Positions 46,128 to 56,361 of a stretch of DNA of 64,000 bases are shown here, piece by piece; within the stretch, counting starts at the first letter, position 1; each line of letters opens with the position of its first letter. The position numbers were made by a program, and so were the translations under genes. This DNA comes from an uncultured bacterium (lineage in GTDB: Bacteria; Ratteibacteria; UBA8468; B48-G9; DSTR01): assembly GCA_964645405.1 (NCBI GenBank), contig CAZYCA010000029.1, positions 28,047-92,046 on the forward strand, in the 5' to 3' direction. The notes under the pieces are model-generated. The model worked only from the letters and a program-made list of their open reading frames with translations, was not told where the DNA came from and did no database searches.

Positions 46128-48103
46128 GGACGGAAAATTTTCTTCAGCCTGGCTGTGTGAATCATCCGGGAAGGAGCAAACTGGTAAACAGCAATGGTGT
46201 AGTTTTCCCAGAGCAACTTAAAACAGTCAGGTCTTTCCATAATCCAGGCCAGCTCTATCAGTCCAGCATCTTTTCTGAGTACAACCCAGTCGGTCTGATG
46301 CTCCAGGAGTCCTTCCAGCCAGAGGTTCACATCAGGGTTTTCGCGGTAAATTTTAGATATCTCCTCTGACTGGGCAGGGAAAAGAAGTCTCTGCCCCGGG
46401 TATTCATGAATCAGCCTGGTCTGCAGGCTGTTGACGGATTGGTAATAAAGGGAATTTCTCAGATGGTCTCCGTAGACAGGATAAAGGAAAAAGGCTCCGG
46501 CATAGGCTATGGTTTTTCCCTGTCCAGAATTTTCCTTGACAAAAGCCCATAAACCTGCCTGGTCAGGGTAAAACTGAGACCAGGTTAAATATTTGATATC
46601 ATTGTACTTATGCTTTACCAGGGGAAAACGCCAGTAGGAAAAATAGAAGACAACAATTATGCTGCATACCAGATAGATTAACAAACGTTTCTTTTTGCCG
46701 GGGATAACAGAAGGAATTCCGGCGAGGAGGAAAAAAACTGCCCACTTGTTCCAGGCTGCCAGAGGCACGGTATATCTGGCGAAACCAAGAAAGATGGGCA
46801 AAAGGAGTATTTTAGCCGGTGCCCAGAGCTCCAGGGGAATCATCATTCCTGAAACCAGCCAGGCATAGACAGGTAAAAGATGCCGAATCTGGTGGTAGGC
46901 AGGGGGAATGAGAAGGCTGTATAGAAAAACGCTTAAGACAGGAAGTAAAAGTAGATACCGGCAACGAGGAAAGAATCTCCATCCAGCTGCCAGGCCAGCC
47001 ACCCACCCGGCAAAAAGAAGGATGGAAACAGCTGCAGCAGGGTCAGTTAAAGAAGTAGGTCTGAGAAAAAGGTGGAGAATACGGGAAAGGTTAGGGAAAA
47101 AGTTACCCCGCTGGTAAACATAAATACCGGGAAAAACTCTCCATTGTCCCAGGGAGATTTCAGCTGGAAAGAAAGGATTACCCAGAAGAAAAAGATTGCG
47201 CAGGTAGCTGAAGCCACCAATAAAAGTAAAGAAAAGAAACCCTGAGAGGAGAAAAATCCGTTTGCCGGAAAGTCTTTTTTGTGCCAGAAATGGCAAAGCA
47301 AGAAGTAAGTAAAGGAAGGCAAAATTTTTGGTCCCGATAAGCAAGCCCGCAGACACCAGACCAAGAGTAACTTTTTTCGCCTGTCCGGTAGAAAAATAAT
47401 AGACTGTAGCCAAAAACCAGCCTGTCATCATCAAATCAACAAAGCAGGAGAAAGTCTGACCGGTTAAAGGACGAACAACAGCCAGAAGAGACGCTGCTAA
47501 GATAGCTGACTGTCTGGAAAAACCGCTTTCTGACAAAATAAGCAAGAGGGAAAGGCTTGCTACAGCCATCATCGGTAGTTGGGTAAAACGTACGATGTGT
47601 TCATTTCCGCTGAAAAAGGAGAAGGTATAAATCAGGTCGCCCCCGCAGGGATAATAGGTCATAGCAATATCATGAAAGAAAAGCGGAGGATAGGAAACAG
47701 CCCCTGATTTCAGGTAATGGACAGCAAATGGTAAATGATAAAGAAGCCCATCAGTGGTCACTGGTGGCAGGAAAGGTTGAAAATCTATCACCATGAGATA
47801 GACAGAAAGGCAAAAAGCGATAGCCAGCTGACCGGTCAGGGGTAAAGAAAAGCCATGATTTTTTCTGCAGGGGAAGCGGCAGAAGAAAACAGCAAGGAGA
47901 AAAAGCAAAGAAAAAATTAGAGTGATAAAGCCAGTTCTCAGGCTACCCAGACAACCTAAAACAGTGAAGACCAGATAGATTTTTCCGTAGAAAAAAACCA
48001 GGATGTGGAGAAGTTTTTCTGCTGGTGAATCTTCAGGGAAAAAACGGTTAGTGACAAGTAAACTGCCTGTTGCCAACAAAAAAAGCCAGAGCAGAAGAAT
48101 CAT
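46073..48103 (-). CDS. Polytopic membrane protein, GT-C/ArnT/PMT-like glycosyltransferase
   Basis: Many TM helices; D...YHLP, YYP, VDL, GTK, Y.RN....GNP.FP motifs. Confidence 0.65.
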   Translation of the reverse strand: MILLLWLFLLATGSLLVTNRFFPEDSPAEKLLHILVFFYGKIYLVFTVLGCLGSLRTGFITLIFSLLFLLAVFFCRFPCRKNHGFSLPLTGQLAIAFCLSVYLMVIDFQPFLPPVTTDGLLYHLPFAVHYLKSGAVSYPPLFFHDIAMTYYPCGGDLIYTFSFFSGNEHIVRFTQLPMMAVASLSLLLILSESGFSRQSAILAASLLAVVRPLTGQTFSCFVDLMMTGWFLATVYYFSTGQAKKVTLGLVSAGLLIGTKNFAFLYLLLALPFLAQKRLSGKRIFLLSGFLFFTFIGGFSYLRNLFLLGNPFFPAEISLGQWRVFPGIYVYQRGNFFPNLSRILHLFLRPTSLTDPAAAVSILLFAGWVAGLAAGWRFFPRCRYLLLLPVLSVFLYSLLIPPAYHQIRHLLPVYAWLVSGMMIPLELWAPAKILLLPIFLGFARYTVPLAAWNKWAVFFLLAGIPSVIPGKKKRLLIYLVCSIIVVFYFSYWRFPLVKHKYNDIKYLTWSQFYPDQAGLWAFVKENSGQGKTIAYAGAFFLYPVYGDHLRNSLYYQSVNSLQTRLIHEYPGQRLLFPAQSEEISKIYRENPDVNLWLEGLLEHQTDWVVLRKDAGLIELAWIMERPDCFKLLWENYTIAVYQFAPSRMIHTARLKKIFRPVENTSCGLSFCLSRARF

Positions 48104-48105
48104 TC

Positions 48106-48918
48106 TTATTCAATGGTAAGGCCAGCATAACCAACGACATAATCTGTTTGCCCGGTCACATCAGCACTGGTAGTATACTGGAGAAGTTGCACCTTTTTTG
48201 CCCCTAACTGCCTGGCAGCGATGAGGGTGACAATCACCGGTCCAAAACCGCACATGGTCACCTGTCTTTCTTCAATCCTTTCTGCCAGTAATTCCTCATC
48301 CATGTTAACAATGGCCTGGAGAACATAGCGGTCGTTTTCTCTGGCCAGCTCGGGATTATCCTCATGACTGAAGTCGCTGCTGGCTACAAGCAAGACTGGC
48401 CGGCCCAGTTCCTGGATAGAGCGGGTAAGAGAAGAAGCAATCTCTGGCCAGGCTCTGTCTTTAACTATTCCGGAAAGACAAAGACCCACAATTTTAATAT
48501 CTGGCTTTAAGTACTGAAGAAAAGGTAACTGCACCTCCAGGGAATGTTCCTTAAGGTGCGCCACCTTATCCTTCTGAAGATAGCCACTTTTCTTAAGCAA
48601 GAGGTTGGCCAGTTCTTCATCAGTCAAGATTTCGCCTAAAGGTGTCTGCCAGGAAGAAAAATCTCCCAGGCTATAAGGTTCACCGTAGCCGGAGTGGTTC
48701 GGAGCCAGAATGATAGCTGTTTCAGGAATCTGGATAGAACCATAAACCTGGCCAGCCACCTGACCGGAATAAATGTAACCAGCATGAGGGCAGATTACTG
48801 ATTTAACCGCTTTTTTTTCTTCTCTTTCTAAAATCAGCCTGCTCAGCATCGTCGCCAGGCGGGAAGCCTCACCGGGATAAAAATGTCCCGCTGCTACCGG
48901 CTTTCTTATGGATTTCAT
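48106..48918 (-). CDS. AmmeMemoRadiSam system protein B (MEMO1 family)
   Basis: R.P.AAG.FYP, PHAGY.YSG, EHSLEVQLPFLQ, ASSDFSH, MCG.GP, VVGYA. Confidence 0.93.
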   Translation of the reverse strand: MKSIRKPVAAGHFYPGEASRLATMLSRLILEREEKKAVKSVICPHAGYIYSGQVAGQVYGSIQIPETAIILAPNHSGYGEPYSLGDFSSWQTPLGEILTDEELANLLLKKSGYLQKDKVAHLKEHSLEVQLPFLQYLKPDIKIVGLCLSGIVKDRAWPEIASSLTRSIQELGRPVLLVASSDFSHEDNPELARENDRYVLQAIVNMDEELLAERIEERQVTMCGFGPVIVTLIAARQLGAKKVQLLQYTTSADVTGQTDYVVGYAGLTIE

Positions 48919-48957
48919 TTCTTCCCCCTAACATTTAAACATGGCCTACCCACCAGG

Positions 48958-51900
48958 TCAAGAATTTTCGTTACTTTTTCGCCTGGCAAGATGGCACTGT
49001 CTTGCCTGGTAGAAAAAGGCTTCCAGTCGGGTTTCGCTGGTAGCCTGCTCCAGCCCGTCATAAGCCAGATTAATCCAGGCAAGTGCGTGGTCTGCTTTTA
49101 CCTTTTTGGAAACAGCAGTGACAATATTTCCTGGCAGACAGGTGAAAGGAAGGACATTGACTACTCCATCCAGACCCTTCTGGTTCCATTCCAGAGCCTT
49201 ACCAATACTTAAGGCAGCTTCTCCAAACCATTTCAAAACGTAAGGTTCCGCCTTATCCCAGACAGGATAGATATCCAGTGGTTCCTCTTCCTGCAAGAAG
49301 TCTTTCATTTCTTTTTCTATCTGGAGATGCCAGCTGCTCAGGTGAAATTTAATAATCCTGTTAAGGGTAAGCAGAAAACTGTGGGAAAAAATGTTTCTCA
49401 TGACAGGATAAGATTTATGGAGATTTGTCGCCAGTTTTCTCCAGAGGTCTTTCTGTTTCACAGCAAAGTCTAATCTGGTAGTGGCATTGGTGTGGTAAGC
49501 CCATTCCGCATATGGCGGAAGCAGCACCTGTCCACCCAGACTTTCTATTTTTCTGATAATTTCGTTATTGCTGAAGGGGTGGTTCCGGACATAGATTTCC
49601 CCAACCAGCCCGATGAGTGGTCTATCCTCGTTTTTACAGGGGATTTTTTCCATTTCTGATTTTGCTGCAGCCAGTAGTATCCTTATCTTCTGGTGAAGAG
49701 ACCTTAAACTCTCCTGGCTGGAATTTTCTATTATCTGGCATAAACCCAGCAGCGTCTTCTGGTAGACAGTCTCGGTCTGGCCAGGATTCAGTTCATATGG
49801 TCGTATCTTTCTCAGCATTTTCCCCAGGTAGTCCAGGGCTATCACTCCAGCCATCCCCACCAGGAAAAAACGCCAGCCAGAGACAACTGAGAGGCCGCAG
49901 GCTTTAGCAAAACTGCTGCTTTCCGGCACACCAGGGGAGAGAATCGGTGTTTTCTCATAGCCTGCTTCCTGAAGGATAATCCGCTGCAACCTGTTATACT
50001 GACCGAACCGGCATGGTCCGTAGGTCAGGGGCATGAAGAAGGCAATTTTGTCCGGGTCGTTGTACTTCAGGGTCTTTAACATATCACCGGTGGTAAGAAT
50101 AAAAGGGTAACATTCCTTACCCAGGGTATATTTGCGTCCTAACTGCAGTGTTTCCTGGTCCGCATACATTACCTCCGCTTCTAACCCCAGAGCACGAAAA
50201 GCAGATTGGGCTATCAAAGAAGCATCACCCATGTAGGGGATAAAAATTTTCCTGTTCTGTTTCCGGTGGAAAAATGTTTTCTGCTGGAGATGTTTTTTCT
50301 CTTCTGGCAGGGCAAGAGGAAGCAGCTGCCGAAAATTGCGCAAAGAATCAGCGAAAGCTTCACACCTGGTAATAATACCTGCGCCTGCAGTATGTTCATC
50401 TATTTCTATTCTTAAAAACGGTTTATTAATTTCCCTCTCCAGATACTGGAGAAGGAAAGAATCTGGACCGCATCCAAAATTTGTGATGTAAACCGGATAA
50501 AGACGTTTATCCTTCTTGATAATTTCTACCGCCTGCATCATACGGTAACCAAACTCCCAGTAAAGATTAGGCCATCTGGAAAAGATGTCGGCACTTTCTA
50601 AAGGGAGATAATCCATGGGTAGAGTCCAGAAACCGAGGTTTCTTAACTTGTTCGGGATATCCAAACTGATATTGCGGTCACAGCAGTTATAGGGCCGGCC
50701 TAAAACCACCAGGGCAATTTTATCTTCAGGAAGCCCTGCTAAAAGGTTGTACCCGGTAGCTTTAAGCTTCCTGCGTAAAATTTTCTGTGCCTGGTAAGCC
50801 GCCTCTATGGCTTTATGAATTTGCTTGCCTTTTCTGCCAAGTTTTTCACCCAGCTGGACTAACTGGTAAGACCGGGCATATTCGCGGTAGCTGAAGTTGA
50901 TTACCGGGTCCAGGACTTTTTCTGGAGGTAGAGGAAGGCAGGATTTAGCAACTTGTGAAATTGCCTGGACATAGGGACAGGTGTAACTGCCCCTTTTTGT
51001 GCCCTCAATTTTTTCTAAACCGCAGGGCATATCTCTGATGACTGGCAGAAACAGGTAATCTACCTGTTTGTTCCAAAGGTTCAGGATATGACCGAGGGTT
51101 ACCTTCACAGGGAAACAGAACTCAGCCGCAGAAAAGGATAATCCGTCAGAGATAATTTTCTTGTTGGTTTCCTCAGAGAAAACTACTGGAAATCCCAGTT
51201 CGGTAAAAAAAGCCTTCCAGAAAGGGTAGAACTCATAGTTTAACATGGCCAGCGGTAACCCAATTTTTATCCCTTCAGAGGGATTCTTGCCCTGGTAGGC
51301 ATGGAAAAGAAAATTGTTCCTCCGGGAGAAAAAATCAGGAATATTTTTGCTGGCAGTTTTGCCCACTTCATATTTTTCACACCGGCCGCCATAAAAAAGT
51401 GTTACCTGCTGGTTTACAAAGACCTTTTTAATCTCACAGTGGTTGGTGCAACCCTGGCATTCAAAGGAAGACTGCTGGTACTTTAAAGCCGCAATCTCGG
51501 CAAAACCGCGAAAGGAAGTTTTCTCTGGTGGATTTCTTAATGCTACCAGAGCCGCCCCAATTGCCCCTGTGACTTCGTGATGCTGCGGCACGATAATGGG
51601 TCTTCTCAGGGTCTGTTCAAAGGCAGCCACCACTGCTTTGTTAAAAGCCACTGCTCCCTGGAAAAAAATCTTCTGCCCGATTTTTTTACGACCGACTACC
51701 CGGTTTAAATAATTGGTGACAATAGAGTAAGCCAATCCGGCTAAAATGTCAGGGATGCTGGCACCTTTCTGATAATGAGCATAGACATTGGTTTCCATGA
51801 AAACCGTACACCTTTCCCCTAAGTTGATAGGTTTTTTAGCCTGGAGAGCAATATTCCCGAAATCCTGGATGGGAAGATTGAATCTTTCTGCCTGTTCTTC

Positions 51901-53223
51901 CAGGAAAGAACCTGTACCGGCAGCGCAGATTTTGTTCATCTCAAAGTCCACCACCACACCATCCTTCAGGTAGATGTACTTAGAATCCTGCCCACCAATT
52001 TCAAAGATGGTATCCACAGAGGTGTCAATATGGGCAGCTGCTGTCGCCTGGGCTGTAATCTCGTTAACCACAGTGTCTGCACCCACCAGATCACCAATGA
52101 GATACCGACCGGAACCAGTAGTCCCGGCACATTTGATTTTAATCCTTTCCCCCAGTTGCTGATGAAGCAGAGCAATACCCTGTCTTACAGCCTCAATCGG
52201 ACGACCACTGGTGCGCAGGTAAACTTTCGCCAGAAGGTTTTTATTGATATCTAAAGCGACCACGTTGGTGCTGATGGAACCAACATCAATACCGATGGCT
52301 GCTTCTACTTTTTTCTGGACGTGAATGTTACTGGACCAGGAAACTGAGGGTAAAGAGGAGGAGACAATCTTCAGTTCTGGCAGGCTTTCTGCCTGGTAGG
52401 TGTACTGCTGCAGATGTTTCCGGAGAGATTCCTTTACGGTGAAAAGACTGATTTGCCCGGAAACATTCCTTCTTTTTAAGGCTAAAGCAGCACCAAGCGC
52501 TGAGACTGATTCCGGATGCTCTGGTATGGTGAAAGATTTCCCGGTTGTTTCTTCAAAAGCCTTAACAATAGCCCTGTTAAAGGCTACTCCGCCGCAGAAG
52601 ACTATCGGTAGCAAGAAATCTTTCCCTTTAGCAATACCTGCCTTGAAACTTCGCACCAGAGCATAACAGAGACCCAGGGCAATCTCTTCATCCGGTGTCC
52701 CTTCCTGCTGGAGGTGAATCATATCAGATTTAGCGAAGACACTGCAGCGGCCAGCAATGGTGGCTGGCCGCGCAGCTCTTAAAGCCAGCTGAGAAAATTC
52801 TTCTATGGAAAGGTTGAAACGGGAAGCCTGCTGTTCCAGGAAAGAGCCGGTACCAGCAGCACAGAGTTCATTCATACCATAATCATTACCCGCTAAATCA
52901 GCAAACCGGGAATGTTCTCCACCAATTTCTATTATGGTTTTTACCTGCGGCAGGATAGCTTTCGCCCCAGTAATCATTGCTTCAAACTCTGTGATGTAAA
53001 CAGCCTGGAGCAAACCGGCTAACTGTTTCCCGGCACAACCGGTAAAAGCCAGGCCAGAAACAGTTTCCCGGCTTTTTGCCAGATTTTCTAAATCCTGGAG
53101 AATTACCTGGTAGGGCTGGCCATGGTGTCTGGTATAGGGCAGGAGAGAAAGCTTCCTGTTATCTTGCAGGAGTACCCTTTTCACGCTGATGGAGCCGATA
53201 TCATAGGAGAGATACTGATCCAC
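48958..53223 (-). CDS. CoA-substrate-specific enzyme activase (two BadF/BcrAD ATPase domains plus DUF2229 and 2-hydroxyacyl-CoA dehydratase-like domains)
   Basis: Two copies of D.GS.S / EIGG..S / MN..CAAGTGSFLE / RC.VF; C..C.N.C; CFPVK; FGCGPDSF; GPCRFGQY; PFTCLP. Confidence 0.9.
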   Translation of the reverse strand: MDQYLSYDIGSISVKRVLLQDNRKLSLLPYTRHHGQPYQVILQDLENLAKSRETVSGLAFTGCAGKQLAGLLQAVYITEFEAMITGAKAILPQVKTIIEIGGEHSRFADLAGNDYGMNELCAAGTGSFLEQQASRFNLSIEEFSQLALRAARPATIAGRCSVFAKSDMIHLQQEGTPDEEIALGLCYALVRSFKAGIAKGKDFLLPIVFCGGVAFNRAIVKAFEETTGKSFTIPEHPESVSALGAALALKRRNVSGQISLFTVKESLRKHLQQYTYQAESLPELKIVSSSLPSVSWSSNIHVQKKVEAAIGIDVGSISTNVVALDINKNLLAKVYLRTSGRPIEAVRQGIALLHQQLGERIKIKCAGTTGSGRYLIGDLVGADTVVNEITAQATAAAHIDTSVDTIFEIGGQDSKYIYLKDGVVVDFEMNKICAAGTGSFLEEQAERFNLPIQDFGNIALQAKKPINLGERCTVFMETNVYAHYQKGASIPDILAGLAYSIVTNYLNRVVGRKKIGQKIFFQGAVAFNKAVVAAFEQTLRRPIIVPQHHEVTGAIGAALVALRNPPEKTSFRGFAEIAALKYQQSSFECQGCTNHCEIKKVFVNQQVTLFYGGRCEKYEVGKTASKNIPDFFSRRNNFLFHAYQGKNPSEGIKIGLPLAMLNYEFYPFWKAFFTELGFPVVFSEETNKKIISDGLSFSAAEFCFPVKVTLGHILNLWNKQVDYLFLPVIRDMPCGLEKIEGTKRGSYTCPYVQAISQVAKSCLPLPPEKVLDPVINFSYREYARSYQLVQLGEKLGRKGKQIHKAIEAAYQAQKILRRKLKATGYNLLAGLPEDKIALVVLGRPYNCCDRNISLDIPNKLRNLGFWTLPMDYLPLESADIFSRWPNLYWEFGYRMMQAVEIIKKDKRLYPVYITNFGCGPDSFLLQYLEREINKPFLRIEIDEHTAGAGIITRCEAFADSLRNFRQLLPLALPEEKKHLQQKTFFHRKQNRKIFIPYMGDASLIAQSAFRALGLEAEVMYADQETLQLGRKYTLGKECYPFILTTGDMLKTLKYNDPDKIAFFMPLTYGPCRFGQYNRLQRIILQEAGYEKTPILSPGVPESSSFAKACGLSVVSGWRFFLVGMAGVIALDYLGKMLRKIRPYELNPGQTETVYQKTLLGLCQIIENSSQESLRSLHQKIRILLAAAKSEMEKIPCKNEDRPLIGLVGEIYVRNHPFSNNEIIRKIESLGGQVLLPPYAEWAYHTNATTRLDFAVKQKDLWRKLATNLHKSYPVMRNIFSHSFLLTLNRIIKFHLSSWHLQIEKEMKDFLQEEEPLDIYPVWDKAEPYVLKWFGEAALSIGKALEWNQKGLDGVVNVLPFTCLPGNIVTAVSKKVKADHALAWINLAYDGLEQATSETRLEAFFYQARQCHLARRKSNENS

Positions 53224-53349
53224 TTTTCCCTCCTTGCGGCACTATCCTTACCTGACTGATGGCTTTGTTCTGCTCAGGGGATACTGGAGAAAAAAACCTT
53301 TTGAAAGAGCTATTCCTTTTTTCTCCGCCTGCAAGTTTTTGCAAAAATG

Positions 53350-54408
53350 CTACTGGCGACAGGCTTCAATAAAGGCTTCAATATTTTCTATGGGTACTTC
53401 TGGTTCTAACACATGTGTGGGACCAAGAATTAAAGCCCCATCATAACCAAGAAGTCTTTTGTTTTCCTTCACCACCTGCCGGACCTGTTCCGGGGTACCA
53501 AAAGGCATCACACTCTGTGTCCCGATGGTTCCATCAAAAACAAGGTTCTGGCCATATTTCTTTTTCACAGAAACAACATCAAGACATTCTGGTTGCAGAG
53601 GATTCAGAATAGTCAAACCAATCTCTATCAGTTCCGGGATAATGGCTTCTATATTGCCATCACTGTGATACCAGATCTGGATATCGGGTTTGATTGAACG
53701 GACTGCCTGGTAAATTTTTGCCCACCGGCTTTTGATGAAACGGCGCCACATCGGCAGGGAGAACATCAGCGACTTTTGATTGGCAACATCATCGCCTGTG
53801 ATAATATAGTCCACTCCTGCCCTGGCACCAGAAGTAGCTATCGCCATCCTGGAAGCAGCAATCCGGTCTAAAATGCACTCACACCAGGCAGGTCTTTCCA
53901 CCATATCCATCAGGAACTCCTGGTAACCACGAATCTGCCAGGATGTTTCATAGATATGGCCCACTGCTGTGCAGACTACATGACCCTGCTGATGAGCCTG
54001 GGCTACTTTTTCTTTCATCCCGGTTTCGTCATAACCACTGTCCGGGGGAAAGGGAAAATTTTCTATCTCGGTTAGACTGGTAGCCTTCCGCAGAGGACTG
54101 ATGTAACCGGTAAAATGGTAGTACTGTGCAGGAATCTCCAGCACACCACAGCTATTGATGAAAGAACCAGGAACTTTTTCTATGTCTGTAAAATATCTGG
54201 AAAAATCTGGTCTATGCTCTGGAGCAACAGGGTTAACAGTGACCGGCTGGAACAAACCCATCATGGCTGTGATGGCTGCCGTGTCTTCTGTACGGTAATA
54301 CTGCTTTAGCCGCTGCCAGAGCGCCGGTGTAAAGCTGGCATGGTAAAGGAAACGGTCATGTTTCCGGTGCTGACAGGTTGCCTCAAAAATTTCTCTATCG
54401 CTGGCCAA
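53350..54408 (-). CDS. Uroporphyrinogen decarboxylase family protein
   Basis: IRG...F..D, GDDVA.Q, YHSDG, LNPLQPE, G.IGTQ..MP.GTP, PTH...PEVP.EN. Confidence 0.85.
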   Translation of the reverse strand: MASDREIFEATCQHRKHDRFLYHASFTPALWQRLKQYYRTEDTAAITAMMGLFQPVTVNPVAPEHRPDFSRYFTDIEKVPGSFINSCGVLEIPAQYYHFTGYISPLRKATSLTEIENFPFPPDSGYDETGMKEKVAQAHQQGHVVCTAVGHIYETSWQIRGYQEFLMDMVERPAWCECILDRIAASRMAIATSGARAGVDYIITGDDVANQKSLMFSLPMWRRFIKSRWAKIYQAVRSIKPDIQIWYHSDGNIEAIIPELIEIGLTILNPLQPECLDVVSVKKKYGQNLVFDGTIGTQSVMPFGTPEQVRQVVKENKRLLGYDGALILGPTHVLEPEVPIENIEAFIEACRQ

Positions 54409-54427
54409 ATACTACCTCCCGGATGAC

Positions 54428-55243
54428 TCAGATACCGATTTCTTTTTCCATTTTCCTCAAAAAATCCCTGGCTTTGATGATATCAGCTGCGGGATTATCC
54501 CCGACTTCCCTTTCAATGGTGAAAAACCCCTCATAGCCAATTTCTTTCATCACACAGAGATACTCAGGAAAGTTTACATCCCCTTCTCCTAACGGTAGCT
54601 CCTGCCACCAGGGCGATTGCTTACGGACAAATCTGTCCCGCAACATCCGGCCGTCCTTGGCATGGGTATGGACGATATAAGAGGCTAAAGTTCTGGCAGC
54701 CTGGGCAGCTGGGTCATCAGAAACCATTACTAAATTTGCCGGGTCAAAATTTACTTTCAATCCAGGGTTAGCCAGTGTGTCCAGAAGTTTCTTCAGCACC
54801 ACAGCGGGTTCCGGACCGGTTTCTGTGGCTAAAAAAACACCACGACAAGCAGCATAGTTACCGATTTCCGGTAAAGCCTGGCAGAGATACTTCCAGGCAG
54901 GAGCCTGTGTGTCTGCTGGCACTACCCCGATATGGGTGGTAACCACATTGGTTCCTAAATCCACAGCCAAATCAACTACCTCTTTGGTACGGCTGACTAC
55001 AAAATCAAGTTTCGCCGGATCAGTGAAACCATGGCCAAAATCTCCTACCAGGGCAGAAAACTTGAGTCCTAAACTTTCTACAAAGTGTCGTAAGTCCTGT
55101 CTGCCAGTCCTGGTAAGATTTTTCGGGTCAAGCTCCCCTCTGGTGGCATAAGGCTGAATACCTTCAATCTTCAGCTCAGCTGCCTTCTTAATCCCTTCCC
55201 GGATAGGTAAACGGAAACAGTCCGGTATAACACCAATCTTCAT
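54428..55243 (-). CDS. Sugar phosphate isomerase/epimerase (AP endonuclease 2 TIM barrel)
   Basis: ETGPE, NFDPANL, HTHAKD, LGEGDV, IERE. Confidence 0.9.
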   Translation of the reverse strand: MKIGVIPDCFRLPIREGIKKAAELKIEGIQPYATRGELDPKNLTRTGRQDLRHFVESLGLKFSALVGDFGHGFTDPAKLDFVVSRTKEVVDLAVDLGTNVVTTHIGVVPADTQAPAWKYLCQALPEIGNYAACRGVFLATETGPEPAVVLKKLLDTLANPGLKVNFDPANLVMVSDDPAAQAARTLASYIVHTHAKDGRMLRDRFVRKQSPWWQELPLGEGDVNFPEYLCVMKEIGYEGFFTIEREVGDNPAADIIKARDFLRKMEKEIGI

Positions 55244-55476
55244 TCTTCCCCCTTTGTTAGAATTTTCTTCTTCCCCTCCTGATACAACTCAATGGCAACA
55301 TCTGGACAGATGATAACACACCGGCGGCAACCGGTGCAGTTTTGCTGCAGTTGGGGTTCCACAAAATGGTATCCGCTCTGGTTAAAAGAGGTGGATAACC
55401 GGAAAACATGGGCGGGACAGTTTTCCACACAGAGCAAACATCCCTTACACCTTTCCGGATGTACCACGACTTTCAT
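55240..55476 (-). CDS. 2x[4Fe-4S] ferredoxin (2-oxoacid oxidoreductase delta-subunit-like)
   Basis: CKGCLLCVENCP and CTGCRRCVIICPD; N..GY. Confidence 0.9.
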   Translation of the reverse strand: MKVVVHPERCKGCLLCVENCPAHVFRLSTSFNQSGYHFVEPQLQQNCTGCRRCVIICPDVAIELYQEGKKKILTKGEE

Positions 55477-56281
55477 GATTCCTCCTCAGGGAAGAGAGCG
55501 GCCACCCAAACTTCTCTTCCAGGCGCTGGAAAAAACTGGTTTCTTCATCAAAGACCAATCTGGCTTTTTTTTCAGCTGGAGTTACCAGAAGTTTATCTCC
55601 AGGTAGAACAACACATTCTCTCTGTCCGTCACAGACCAGGGTGCAGGCAGCAGATACTGTAACCTCCAGTCTGGATTCCGCAGGTAAAACCAGAGGTCTG
55701 GCAGAAGTAGCATAGGGACAGACTGCTACCACCAGGATTAAACATTGTTCCGGGGAAATAACCGGACCCCCTGCAGCCAGGGCATGAGCAGTAGAACCAG
55801 TAGGGGTGGCAAAAATGATAGCGTCAGCCCGTACTCTGATTAAATCTTCTTCCTCCTTGCGGACAGAAATTTCTACAATCCGGATACCACGGCGGCTTAA
55901 GATTACTTCGTTGAGACAGAAATCTTTCTGGACAGTTTTCTTCTCCCTGATGAGACGCGCCTGCAGAAGCATTCTTTCAGAAACATGGTAATGGCCAGAA
56001 AGGATTTTCTCCAGCCTTTCTTCCAGACCATCTACCTGGTTGGTGAGAAAACCCACCTTGCCAAACTTTAACCCAAAGATAAGGGTGGAACTGGATTTGG
56101 TAGCATGAACCCCTTTCAGAAGTGTTCCGTCTCCACCTAAAGTCAGAAGTAAATCCGTTTGTTCAGTCGGTTTTTTTTCTATCAGGATACCACGGGAAGA
56201 TAACAGTTGCTGTATTTTCTGGCAACTCTTTTGTGCACCCGGAACATTGTGGTTGACCAGTAAAGCGACTTTTCTAATCAT
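55445..56281 (-). CDS. nadK: NAD(+)/NADH kinase
   Basis: LGGDGTLL, G.VGFL, LNE, ATPTGSTA..LAAGGP, DGQ; start at MIRKV. Confidence 0.92.
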   Translation of the reverse strand: MIRKVALLVNHNVPGAQKSCQKIQQLLSSRGILIEKKPTEQTDLLLTLGGDGTLLKGVHATKSSSTLIFGLKFGKVGFLTNQVDGLEERLEKILSGHYHVSERMLLQARLIREKKTVQKDFCLNEVILSRRGIRIVEISVRKEEEDLIRVRADAIIFATPTGSTAHALAAGGPVISPEQCLILVVAVCPYATSARPLVLPAESRLEVTVSAACTLVCDGQRECVVLPGDKLLVTPAEKKARLVFDEETSFFQRLEEKFGWPLSSLRRNHESRGTSGKV

Positions 56282-56361
56282 ATCTTTTATTTTAACATAC
56301 CAGGCCATAGTTGTCCTTAATCAGGAATTAAGGCATAATAACACAGGACACAAGGGAAAAA

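Noticed and set aside
53286-53346. Inverted repeat GGAGAAAAAA / TTTTTTCTCC as a terminator or riboswitch
   Set aside because: Weak AT-rich stem with a long loop and no recognisable aptamer
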